In this document: in pieces, positions 25,301 through 33,795 of the stretch
How the letters are laid out: each line of letters starts with the position of its first letter
Numbering within the stretch: position 1 is the first letter of the stretch
Origin: Bythopirellula sp.
GTDB lineage: Bacteria; Planctomycetota; Planctomycetia; Pirellulales; Lacipirellulaceae
Direction of reading: 5' to 3'
Assembly (NCBI GenBank): GCA_965228965.1
Contig: OZ245849.1
Location: 1,280,350-1,344,349 of the forward strand
Length of the DNA stretch: 64,000 nt
Made by a program: the position numbers and the translations under genes
The notes under the pieces: generated by a model
Databases searched by the model: none
Told to the model about the DNA's origin: nothing
What the model saw: the letters and a program-made list of their open reading frames with translations, nothing else

Positions 25301-25714
25301 GCCCTTGGCGTGGGCTAGCAGCTTGCGGTAGCGCTGGCCCGAGGCAGTGACCCTGGTCAGCGGATCATAGTGGTGCGTCGAAGGGTCGCTTGCTGGGCTA
25401 AACTCAACGGTCACGTCGTGGCCGTGTGGTGTCAACTCGTCGACGATACTCTTGGCACTATCGTTGACCACAAGCGACATCAGGCAGCGTTCCACGTCGC
25501 CCCCATGTGCGCTCCGATGCAATTCGAGCACGCTAGTCAGCATTCGCAACTGATCGGGTGCCAGTTTTTGTTGCGTTTGGAGCAACTCTCCGAGCGGCTT
25601 ATCGCGATTTTCGACATCTTGGAGTAGCGCGATGACATCGTCTAGCGAAACAATCCCTAACTGGACTGCCATCACCGCGCTGTATAGATTCTCACGTTCA
25701 AGCGACGCGGACAT
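22355..25714 (-). CDS. Ser/Thr protein kinase with one transmembrane segment and a long TPR-repeat tail
   Basis: 1119-aa ORF. Contains HRDIKPSNVML, VVDWGMA (DWG in place of DFG) and GTPAFMSPEQ. TM segment WALAGGTAAILMALTATVAALMI. About 650 aa of TPR-like A/L/Y/Q-rich repeats follow. Confidence 0.85.
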   Translation of the reverse strand: MSASLERENLYSAVMAVQLGIVSLDDVIALLQDVENRDKPLGELLQTQQKLAPDQLRMLTSVLELHRSAHGGDVERCLMSLVVNDSAKSIVDELTPHGHDVTVEFSPASDPSTHHYDPLTRVTASGQRYRKLLAHAKGGLGEVSVARDDQLKREVALKELQEQHADDPIKQQRFLLEGEVTGALEHPGIVPVYSLGFDAQARPFYAMRFIRGQTLQEAINQYHQSVPEASLFDRNSLKFRRLLMRLVDVCNAIEYAHSRGVLHRDIKPSNVMLGKYGETYVVDWGMARVQHAYERIPESRSESPLLTAELSGSSDTQMGSAMGTPAFMSPEQAAGALDRIGVRSDVYSLGASLYTLLCNRPPFEKDDLLTILRKVQEGEFEQPRLRMPRLPKKLEAICLKAMALEPADRYSSAAGLAQDLENWLGDEPILASPDTWTERTFRFVRRHRTWALAGGTAAILMALTATVAALMINRARSQAELLAEQNSQLAVAEATSRQQAEQRFFEARETVDTWLTGFTEALRNYPGASGFRQHMLERAVKEYESFADQIGDDEAVQLERGRTLLRLGDLQRQLARSEQATKSYRQAISVLTDYAEQARSEDNLRSVNLVIAKAHGRLALSENDQADTTLARKSFEEALQLAGQLSNSSQTDHEVATLESSLRVNFGQFQLQQDQIDQAQRQFTAAIQQLEAAIKREPDVLLLRVNLAAARIGWGQSQLLRGDATSARLQFSNALSVYRAISELHPEEPKYLERVAMASLYLASAERRLGELANEAQSYQQAIEVYEQLIRELPGAIVYQENLALTYTDLGQLQLGLNKPAQAIETLREAKRLLTLLAQTNPSIPRFHEGRAIAADNLAQALTVRAAYQEALGESKQAVQIFEQLGRAYPDIPAYAERLAVAESHLAQIWYRLEEYDSSERTVAAAGRRLTGLVNDHTESVSHRYFLALVQAIQGDLLWQRNDTEAASTAYRDAASHWKLLMEVTNDPAYLNDAAWFFASCADHTVRDTSIALSAAELATKAAPSNERFRDTKALVLFRKGRFDACLQLLAPDDDLSSLEHGRSMLIAAMAMHKAGDQTAAQDQLRAAQEWIRENQPGDWELTVLELECRRILEGTDAG

Positions 25715-26577
25715 AGGGTATGTCTCTCACCAGAATGCAGGATGCAAAGCAATCGCGTCCATTGCGGCTGTTGTTAGCCGCTAAAGTCTAGCAGGTTGAG
25801 TTTATCAGAATCGATGCGGCAGATTGAGTCTCGTCATGTGCAAATTTCTTTAACTAAGTCACTCGGATCTGGCTAAGTTGCTACCTCCGCGCGAGCAATT
25901 CCCCCGATCCCGCAGTGGCATTGGAGCAGCGGAAGCAACTACTGAAGATTAATACTCCTGTCAGCGAGACATGGAATTTCGAACTGTCAAAGATCGTTGG
26001 CTGGAGTAAGCGCACGCAATTCCGGCGAGCCCCACAGCTGTTCCGGTGAGCTCGACCCGCCGCGACGGAGTCTCGCAGCACCTGTGGCGATCATCATCGT
26101 CGCCCCTCGGTTGGGGTTTTGCTACACAGAAAGCCACAACGCGTTTGTGTCGCAAAAATCCCGCTCTCTGTGTGCGAGCAAAGCTCGTAACTCGCACGTC
26201 TTCCATGGGTTAGGAATTCTCCTCGGTGAAAACTGGGCAGACTTTCCGGAATTTGGTGCCCGAGTGTGTCTGAAAAAGCAATTTCCAAGATCCCCTTAAG
26301 TCGTTGCTGGTGAAGCGTTTGCATGCGTGTCGACTTTTTGACCACAGTGTCCTAAAAATTCTCAGCCTGCGGAAACAGCCACTCGACGCACAACGTCATC
26401 GTGTCGAAACAGTTCTTATCAAGTTGCCAAAGAGCGTGTGACCTATTGCAAGGCACCGCCATTCTAACTGAACTGGTGGCCCAAATTCATCAACTAATTT
26501 TGGGCCAGCGAGGAGGGCTGTCGTTTCGATTCGAATTGCGAATCGATGAACAATCCGATTGGAGAGTCTGCACCAAA

Positions 26578-26606
26578 GGGTGCCACTGCTGGCTCGTCCA
26601 GCAGTG
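26578..26606. repeat. REP-like hairpin, left copy (GGGTGC + 9-bp stem CACTGCTGG / CCAGCAGTG)
   Basis: GGGTGC at 26578-26583. Stem 26584-26592 pairs with 26598-26606, loop CTCGT. Lies 54 bp upstream of the RayT-like gene. Confidence 0.7.
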
Positions 26607-26659
26607 AGAACTACCAGTGAACTTTGCTACATGCATAGCTCTACTGTTACAATCCTGGC

Positions 26660-27271
26660 ATGACCATTCCCAAGTCACACCGGAAACGAGTACGCCACTT
26701 CGACAAGCGTGGCGAAATTCACGAACTAACATTTTCGTGCTACCAGCGACGACAACTGTTGGAAAACGATTGGCGACGGGAACAGCTTAGCCAGGCGATC
26801 GATCGGGCCATGCGGAATCATCACTGGAGGTTAACGGCATTCGTGTACATGCCCGAGCACGTGCACTTGCTTGTCTATCCGGTTGCTAAAGATCCGAAAA
26901 TCAAGGATCTCCTGTTTGCCATTAAGCGGCCCTTCAGCTTTCGAGTCAAGCAGAGAATGATCGAGTTAAACGATCCACTAGCTGACCAGTTGTCGATTCG
27001 TCAGCGTCCCGGCAAAGCTACGTTCCGTTTTTGGCAGGAAGGGCCGGGTTACGACCGAAACATTTGGTCCGCGAAAGCTCTTCACGCGGCAATCGATTAC
27101 ATTCATATGAATCCAGTTCGTCGCGGGCTCGTCGATCGAGTGGTCGATTACCGTTGGTCGAGCGCACGCTGGTATCATTCCGACGGACGGTTGGAAGACC
27201 CATTGCTGCCGACGTTGTCTGCGGTTCCGCTCGATTGGTTTGGCGGTTCCGCTGATGTCACCAGTTATTGA
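26660..27271 (+). CDS. REP-associated tyrosine transposase (RayT-like, IS200/IS605 Y1 HUH superfamily)
   Basis: 203-aa ORF with HUH motif (PEHVHLLVYP) and the Tyr helix AIDYIHMNPVRRGLV. Flanked by inverted REP hairpins. Confidence 0.8.
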   Translation: MTIPKSHRKRVRHFDKRGEIHELTFSCYQRRQLLENDWRREQLSQAIDRAMRNHHWRLTAFVYMPEHVHLLVYPVAKDPKIKDLLFAIKRPFSFRVKQRMIELNDPLADQLSIRQRPGKATFRFWQEGPGYDRNIWSAKALHAAIDYIHMNPVRRGLVDRVVDYRWSSARWYHSDGRLEDPLLPTLSAVPLDWFGGSADVTSY

Positions 27272-27324
27272 CGGATCGGAGCGTAAGTTAGGTTAGTTCG
27301 AGATGGTTTGCCTTCCCAGGGTTT

Positions 27325-27355
<31 letters not shown>

Positions 27356-27373
27356 GTGTGAGTGAAGGCTGCA

Positions 27374-28054
27374 CTAAAGGGTGCCACCTATTGGTCCTGC
27401 GGATTTCTGAGTGATCGACACATTCTCACAGACGATGAAAAAAGTTTGTTGATCCATGCTTGCCAGTGTCTCGGCGTCTATGGCAACGATCGTATCATCG
27501 GCGTCGAGTGGAATGCGTTCGCTGATGGAATTGCGTTCCACCTCTTTTGCTCGACGGAACGTGGCGTGTGAAAAATCACAAGGGCAATCGATGAATGAGA
27601 CGCCATCGAACTTGATCTTGGCATACCAAGAATGAGGATAGTCCGTGACTGATACGTTAACGGCCAGAGTCCAACCGTCGAAGCTTTCAAAGTGGAAATC
27701 TGGTCCTGTGACCTGACTCAGTTCTTCAATCGAGCATGATCCAACCAACGGTTCTGCTGGTGAATCTGTAAGCTGTCGATGAAGCCGACCAAGTTGGTTA
27801 ACAAGCGGAAAGTCCTCAGTGTGAAAGATGTCTGCGTTCGGCTGATCCGGCTGGATGGCATTAACAATAAGCTGGCCGAGTCGCATGTCGGGATATTGAG
27901 TCCAAACTTCGCGAACCGCGGAGAGAACATAGTCAATTCGATTTGAGTCTCGCATCCCTTGATGCCTCTTAGTTTTGCCGAATAACCGGCTAAGTGATTC
28001 CTCAACAGGCCTGTAAGCGGCGGAACCTTCAATATTACGTCCCGGCTGTGGCAT
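27374..28054 (-). CDS. Hypothetical protein (orphan, visibly lower GC than neighbours)
   Basis: 226-aa ORF with no motif I recognise. Its composition is AT-richer than flanking genes. Confidence 0.5.
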   Translation of the reverse strand: MPQPGRNIEGSAAYRPVEESLSRLFGKTKRHQGMRDSNRIDYVLSAVREVWTQYPDMRLGQLIVNAIQPDQPNADIFHTEDFPLVNQLGRLHRQLTDSPAEPLVGSCSIEELSQVTGPDFHFESFDGWTLAVNVSVTDYPHSWYAKIKFDGVSFIDCPCDFSHATFRRAKEVERNSISERIPLDADDTIVAIDAETLASMDQQTFFIVCENVSITQKSAGPIGGTL

Positions 28055-28227
28055 TCCACGAAATAGGCGCGTGCTGTTTCCCTACGCCGAGGAACGACAA
28101 CGGGCATGTCGGATGCTGATCGTAAGCGAGTGCTGCAACACCCACGGCTACGGCAACTGGCTGGGAATCTACAACACTGCGTGTTAAACTCCTATGTCGA
28201 AATACCCAAGCCGGAGAGTTCACGTAC

Positions 28228-29703
28228 ATGAAAAACTATACCCTCTATCTGTTGCTGGCGACAATCATCGCCGCGCCCGTCAGTGCCGAAGATGCGATCC
28301 GAGATTCCGTCGTGCAATTTCATTTTACGCGACGGAATCCTGACTTCTATCGTCCTTGGACCAAGGCGAGTCCCTCGGACGGTTCGGCGAGCGGCGTGGT
28401 GATCGAGGGAAATCGCATCCTCACGAACGCGCACGTCGTGAGATACGCCAGCCAACTGTTCGTCCAGCTGAAGAAGGGGGGTGACCGACTGCCTGCCAAG
28501 GCGATCTCAGTCGACCCGCGGATGGATCTGGCTTTGGTGGAATTAGAAGACCCCGATGAGATGGCACATTTGCCTCACTTGGAGTTAAGTGATGAACTTC
28601 CCGCGGTGAAGTCCACGGTCAATGCCTACGGCTACCCCATCGGTGGCAAAGACCTCTCCGTGACCGAGGGCATCGTCTCGCGGATTGAATACGGATCCTA
28701 TTATTTTGAGGGCACCGGGCTACGAATCCAAATCGATGCCGCCCTCAATTCTGGTAACAGCGGGGGACCGGCCGTTCAAAACGGCAAGATTGTGGGCCTG
28801 GTCTTTAGTCGCATCACCGAAGGGGAGAATATCGGTTACATCATTCCCACCGAAGAAATCGAACGCTTTCTCGACGATTCTTCCGACGGCACCTTCGACG
28901 GCAAACCGCTCTTGTTTCAAGAGGTAGCAACGCTTGAAAACCCATCGTTGCGAGAGTTCTTGACACTGCCCAAAGGCCAATCGGGCATGGTGGTCGGCAA
29001 GCCCTATCTTGAGAACGACGAATATCCACTCAAGCGGTGGGACGTGATCACACACATCGGACCGCACAACATAGATAACGAAGGCTACGTCGACGTTGAG
29101 GACGACTTGCGGCTCAGTTTCCAGTATTACGTCCCAAAGTTGGCAAACCAGAATCATGTTGAACTCACCGTGTGGCGAGAGGGGGCAGCAAGGCAAGTGA
29201 GCGTTCCCGTTTCTCCCACACCTTCGCGTCTCTTGCCGTATCTGATCCTAGAGTATCCTCGCTACTTCATTTACGGACCGCTCGTCTTCAGCGCTGCCAA
29301 CCACGAGATCGGCCAACGGATGGCCTCGAGCCAGAGATGGGTCAGTTATCTCAGCTATACGCAAAACCCACTAATTGGCAGACTTTATGACCAACCGACA
29401 TTTGAAGGCGAAGAGCTAGTTTTCGTGTGTTCGCGGTTGTTTCCCCATCGAGTTACCAAAGGCTACAGCGATCCCTCATTCGCTGTCGTCTCTCATATGA
29501 ACGACGAGCCCGTCAAGAACCTTCGACAGTTCGCGATGCTGCTGAAGAACTGCCAAGACGACTTCATTCGGATTCGGATGATCGGCAGCGGCGAATCGTT
29601 AGTGTTCCAACGCAGCGAAATCGAGGCCGCGACCGAAGAAATCCTCACCAACGAGGGCATCCGCTACCAGTGCTCAGCGGATCTACGGGATGTTTGGGAG
29701 TAG
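28228..29703 (+). CDS. Secreted trypsin-like serine protease, S1C (HtrA/Deg-like) with PDZ-like C-terminal region
   Basis: 491-aa ORF with a signal peptide. Contains ILTNAHVV (His), DLALVELE (Asp) and GNSGGPAV (Ser). Confidence 0.85.
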   Translation: MKNYTLYLLLATIIAAPVSAEDAIRDSVVQFHFTRRNPDFYRPWTKASPSDGSASGVVIEGNRILTNAHVVRYASQLFVQLKKGGDRLPAKAISVDPRMDLALVELEDPDEMAHLPHLELSDELPAVKSTVNAYGYPIGGKDLSVTEGIVSRIEYGSYYFEGTGLRIQIDAALNSGNSGGPAVQNGKIVGLVFSRITEGENIGYIIPTEEIERFLDDSSDGTFDGKPLLFQEVATLENPSLREFLTLPKGQSGMVVGKPYLENDEYPLKRWDVITHIGPHNIDNEGYVDVEDDLRLSFQYYVPKLANQNHVELTVWREGAARQVSVPVSPTPSRLLPYLILEYPRYFIYGPLVFSAANHEIGQRMASSQRWVSYLSYTQNPLIGRLYDQPTFEGEELVFVCSRLFPHRVTKGYSDPSFAVVSHMNDEPVKNLRQFAMLLKNCQDDFIRIRMIGSGESLVFQRSEIEAATEEILTNEGIRYQCSADLRDVWE

Positions 29704-29809
29704 AGGCTTTACGAGTTCTCCAGCGGACCGGTGCGTGTCTCGTCCGAGTGACAGCGAACGCCTTTCGACTCGCTGTTTGAGCGCACGCGTGCTTGGGCCA
29801 GGAAAAAGC

Positions 29810-29879
29810 AAAGGCCACAGATGAACACGGATTAACACAGATTTTCATCCGCGTGGATCCGTGTTCATCTGTGGCCTTT
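29810..29879. terminator. Bidirectional intrinsic terminator / perfect 23-bp inverted repeat
   Basis: AAAGGCCACAGATGAACACGGAT (29810-29832) pairs perfectly with 29857-29879, with a 24-nt loop. An A-run lies before it and TTTT after it. It sits between convergent genes ending at 29703 and 29919. Confidence 0.75.
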
Positions 29880-29918
29880 TCAAACTGGTAGGCCTAAGGC
29901 CGCTACTGCAGGACGCGG

Positions 29919-31187
29919 TTATCCAAACAGTTCCCCAATCACCTTCCCGCCCCCGGCGATCTTCATCGGGCGGCCGTTGCCGGCGGTGTAGGTGGTTTTG
30001 AGCGAGATGCCCATCGCCTGGCAGATCGACGACATCAGGTCTTCCGCGCTGTAGGGTTCGGTCGTCACGCGGGTGCCGTCTTCGTTGGTGGCGCCGATCA
30101 CTTGGCCGCCTTCGATGCCGCCGCCCCCGGCGACCACGCTCCAGCTGCGGGCCCAGTGGTCGCGGCCCGTGTTGCCGTTGATGCGCGGCGTGCGGCCGAA
30201 CTCACCCATGCAGAGCACCACGGTGTTTTCCAGCAGTCCGCGCGCGGCGAGGTCTTCGACCAGTGCGCTCATTGCCTGATCGACTTCGGGCAGCTTCTGC
30301 TCCAGGCGATTGAAGCAGTCTTGGTGCAGGTCCCAGCCGCCGGAGTTCACTTCCACAAACGGCACCCCTGTTTCCACCAGACGGCGTGCCATCAGACAGC
30401 CGCGTCCAAAGCCGGTGTTGCCATACTTCTCACGCATCGCCTCCGGTTCGCTTTGTACCTTGAAGGCTTCCATCTGACTGCTGGTCAGTAGCGCCATCGT
30501 ATTCTTGAGTACCTTGGCATGTTCGGCGGCGGCCGGTCCGCGATTCTCGCGGATGAATCGCTTTTCGAGCAAGCCGAGCAGTTGCATGCGGTCCATCATG
30601 CGCGCTTCCTCGACACTCGCCTGCGCGTTGCGCACCCGACCGTTGGAGTCGACTTGAAACGGGGCGTAGGCCATCCCTAGGAACCCCGGCCCGGCACTGT
30701 TGCCGCCGATCGATACAAACGGCGGAATCTCAAGCGTCTGCAACTTGCTTTCAAACTCTTTGGCGATGACCGACCCATAACTAGGATGTTCAACGTTGGG
30801 ATTGGGCACAAAGCCGGTGTGCATGTAGTAACGTCCCCGCTCGTGGTCGGCCTCGCGCGTGCTCATCGAACGGATGATCGACAGATGATGCATCTGCTGG
30901 GCGACGTTGGGAAGCAACTCGGTGATCTGCCCGGCGCCGGTGGTGCTGATCGGTTTGTGTGGTCCGCCGGTGGTCGCCCCGGGCTTCATGTCCCACATAT
31001 CGATCGTTGGCGGCGCGCCGCCCATCCACAGCAAGATGCACGCCTTGTGGTTGCTCTTGAGCGTCGCGGCGTTGGCGACCATCGATTGCGTGAGCGACCA
31101 GGCAGGCACAGCGAGCGCGGACGCGCCTGCAAGGTGCGAAAGGAAGTGCCGACGGGTCATGCCGTGGGGGGTGTTGAAGTGGTTCAT
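29919..31187 (-). CDS. DUF1501 domain protein (sulfatase-fold, Tat-type signal)
   Basis: 422-aa ORF. Contains MTRRHFLSHLAGASALAV, LLWMGGAPPTIDMWDMKPG and GEFGRTPRINGNTGRDHW. Confidence 0.85.
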   Translation of the reverse strand: MNHFNTPHGMTRRHFLSHLAGASALAVPAWSLTQSMVANAATLKSNHKACILLWMGGAPPTIDMWDMKPGATTGGPHKPISTTGAGQITELLPNVAQQMHHLSIIRSMSTREADHERGRYYMHTGFVPNPNVEHPSYGSVIAKEFESKLQTLEIPPFVSIGGNSAGPGFLGMAYAPFQVDSNGRVRNAQASVEEARMMDRMQLLGLLEKRFIRENRGPAAAEHAKVLKNTMALLTSSQMEAFKVQSEPEAMREKYGNTGFGRGCLMARRLVETGVPFVEVNSGGWDLHQDCFNRLEQKLPEVDQAMSALVEDLAARGLLENTVVLCMGEFGRTPRINGNTGRDHWARSWSVVAGGGGIEGGQVIGATNEDGTRVTTEPYSAEDLMSSICQAMGISLKTTYTAGNGRPMKIAGGGKVIGELFG

Positions 31188-31328
31188 GGCGGTTGAATTG
31201 TGAAAGGTGAAGAGTGAAAAGTGAAAACGGTTCCATTCCCCTCCCTTGCAGGGAGGGGCTAGGGGAGGGGAGAGCCGCCTGGTAGTTCTCCCTCACCTAA
31301 CCTCTCCCGACAGCGGAGAGGAACATGA

Positions 31329-33137
31329 TCAGTGAATCAAAATAAACTCGTTACTGTTGAGCACGGCCCACCAGATGTCTTGCAACGTGCCGACCACGTC
31401 GCCCTGGCGCGAGGCGAGCAGTGCGTTGCAGACGTTGATTTCTTCCTTGGAAGGCATGCGCGATAGTGCCGCCCGGTACAGGTATTGGATCTTCTCACGA
31501 TTGGACAGGTCCCAATTGTTGGCCACCTGGTCGAGGAAACTGCCGCTGTCGGTACTGCACGCGCGGCGCACCAAGTCGCCGTTCATCATCATTAAGGTTT
31601 GCGGAATCGAGCCGTTGAAAGTCGACGCCTCGCCGCCATCGTCGGTGCCGAAGGCGGTGCTGAACTGCTGCAGCCAACGCTGGCGCATCGCGTCGCGACG
31701 CTCGTCGGCGAGCGTCTCGTCGGCTTGCGTCGCGGTGAGTAGCGACTCGTAAAGCTGCTCGGCTTGCATCTGCCGCACGTAGAACCGACTGAACTGCGGA
31801 GCGACGCCCAGTGCCGGATCGTCTTGGCGATTCTTTTTGCTGACGCGGCTGCTCAGCGAGTACGGCTCGCTCAACACAATCCAGCGCATCAGAGACTTCA
31901 GGTCATAGCCGGAGTTGCGGAACGCGATTCCGAGCTCGTCCAGTAGCTCGGGGTGCGATGGTGGGTTATGCGGCCCCATGTCGTGGATTGGTTTGGTAAA
32001 TCCGTAGCCGAGGAAGTGGGCCCACATCCGATTGACCATCGCGCGGTCGAACTCCCGCGACTCGACGATCAAGCGAGCGAGTTCTTGGCGGCGATCGACG
32101 TGTTCCAGGTAGCCGCTGTTGCCGAACTCAGAATTGCGATCGGCTAGGACATCTTCCAGTGCCGTGCCATCAATGAACACGGGATAGGCAACTTCTACCT
32201 GGCCATTGCGTAGCTCGTAATAGATCGGTGCTTCGGATACTTGCTGGGCATCGCGATCGACCAGCTGGCCGTTGCGTTCTTCGAGGAAGATCTCGCTGCG
32301 TGCGTCGCGGTAGAGCGCACGACCCTCGCCGGCGTAGTCGCGATTAACCAGATAGCCCAGCCGCCGGTTGTCGTTGTTGGGGTCTTGTTCGCGCTCAGTC
32401 CTTGTTTGGCGAAAGAACGCGTTCATCTCCCAGAATTGATTCTGGCGATACTCGTTAAACGGATGGTTGTGGCACTGCGTGCACTGAACGGCCATGCCCA
32501 AAAAGATCTCAGCGGTCTTGGCGGTCGCTTGGATGCCACCTTCTTCCATCTTTTCGATCAAGAAGTTGACGGCACCGTTGTACTTGTCGTCGCCGCTGTT
32601 GTTGCCGGGCTGCGCAGCGCCGGTGGCGGTGAGCAGTTCGGTCGTGAGCACATCATAGGGCTTGGCTGCCGCAAGCGCCTGACGGACGTAGTCGCTCATG
32701 CCCGCGCGACTGGTGAGTGAGCGGCGCTGCTGCCCGCCAGTTCGTCCGATGAGCGTGTTCGTCCAAATGGCCGTCCAGTGCTCGACGAAGGCATCTTGGT
32801 ACTTGCTGCCCAGCAACCGGTCGACCAACTCCTGTTTGCGGTATCGCGGCTTGCTACCGAGGAACTCATCGAGTTCCGCCACGGTCGGCACGCGGCCAAT
32901 CAGGTCGAGGTAAACACGTCGGCACCACTCCGCGTCGGTCGCCTTTGGCGAAGGGCGAAGGTCGTTCTCATTCCACGCGGAGCGGACTTTTGCATCGATC
33001 AGAGCAACCAATGCCTCGTTGGGCGCCCCAGTGTCAGCCGTCGGCTCCGTGGCACTGAGCCCCTCGTGAGCTAACCAGCAGAACATGGCTAGCAGCCAGG
33101 TCAAACTTCGTGATTGAGCCATGCGAATCATCGGCAC
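31329..33137 (-). CDS. DUF1549/DUF1553 (PSCyt2/PSD1-type) domain protein
   Basis: 602-aa ORF. Contains RRVYLDLIGRVPTVAELDEF and CTQCHNHPF, with a C-terminal DUF1553-like region. Pairing with a downstream DUF1501 gene is the usual arrangement. Confidence 0.8.
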   Translation of the reverse strand: MPMIRMAQSRSLTWLLAMFCWLAHEGLSATEPTADTGAPNEALVALIDAKVRSAWNENDLRPSPKATDAEWCRRVYLDLIGRVPTVAELDEFLGSKPRYRKQELVDRLLGSKYQDAFVEHWTAIWTNTLIGRTGGQQRRSLTSRAGMSDYVRQALAAAKPYDVLTTELLTATGAAQPGNNSGDDKYNGAVNFLIEKMEEGGIQATAKTAEIFLGMAVQCTQCHNHPFNEYRQNQFWEMNAFFRQTRTEREQDPNNDNRRLGYLVNRDYAGEGRALYRDARSEIFLEERNGQLVDRDAQQVSEAPIYYELRNGQVEVAYPVFIDGTALEDVLADRNSEFGNSGYLEHVDRRQELARLIVESREFDRAMVNRMWAHFLGYGFTKPIHDMGPHNPPSHPELLDELGIAFRNSGYDLKSLMRWIVLSEPYSLSSRVSKKNRQDDPALGVAPQFSRFYVRQMQAEQLYESLLTATQADETLADERRDAMRQRWLQQFSTAFGTDDGGEASTFNGSIPQTLMMMNGDLVRRACSTDSGSFLDQVANNWDLSNREKIQYLYRAALSRMPSKEEINVCNALLASRQGDVVGTLQDIWWAVLNSNEFILIH

Positions 33138-33795
33138 GATCCTGCAGTGGAAGAGTATGGTGGAACGCGTTTGTCACACGTTCCATTTTAGGGTTCTCCA
33201 TAGCCCAACGCGAAAACCTGGGGCGCTTCAATTGAACCTTAGCCACAAGGTCCGAGTTGCGAGCCAACCGCGATTTTCCAGATTTTTTCTCGGACAGGAC
33301 TTAGCACCCGTCATTGTGGTGTATCGAAATGGAACAAATGTTCGATTATGCAACACACCAAATAAAACAGGCGAGCCAGGATGCACATTTTCTGGCTTCC
33401 TGACTCGCCTGTTTCCAGGACCAACGACAACAACGATTGACGGCCTTATGGGGAGGGACAAGCCGTCAAAAGTTGTTGCCTCTTCTGTAGTTAGGCCCTT
33501 TTCTCAATGCCTCTTCTGTACCGACCCCAGTTTGGTAAGTCTCTTCTCTGTTCCAGCCCAGTCATGTGTTCCAAGCACTTCTAAGCTGCACTGAATGTCA
33601 GTTACGTTCTCGTTATTTGCAAAGGGCATGCCAAAACCGAAAAACGCGAGAAGGTGAGCGTCGCCAGCGCTGTGTAATGGAGCCATCGCGGCGCGAACTT
33701 CATGCCCTACACCACGCCGGAACGCCGTGTGACAATAGGCCGGACGGCACGGCAATCGTCACGGTGCTCAACGAATCAAACCGGAGTAGACGCGA

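Noticed and set aside
30786-31296. ORFs 30786..31196 (+), 30790..31296 (-) and 30907..31203 (+) overlapping the DUF1501 gene start
   Set aside because: Arg/Ala/His-rich shadows of the well-supported DUF1501 frame.
33121-33594. 157-aa plus-strand ORF in the 31329/33796 divergent intergenic region
   Set aside because: Low-complexity translation that crosses the hairpins and direct repeats, with no start context. I treat this as regulatory or ncRNA space instead.
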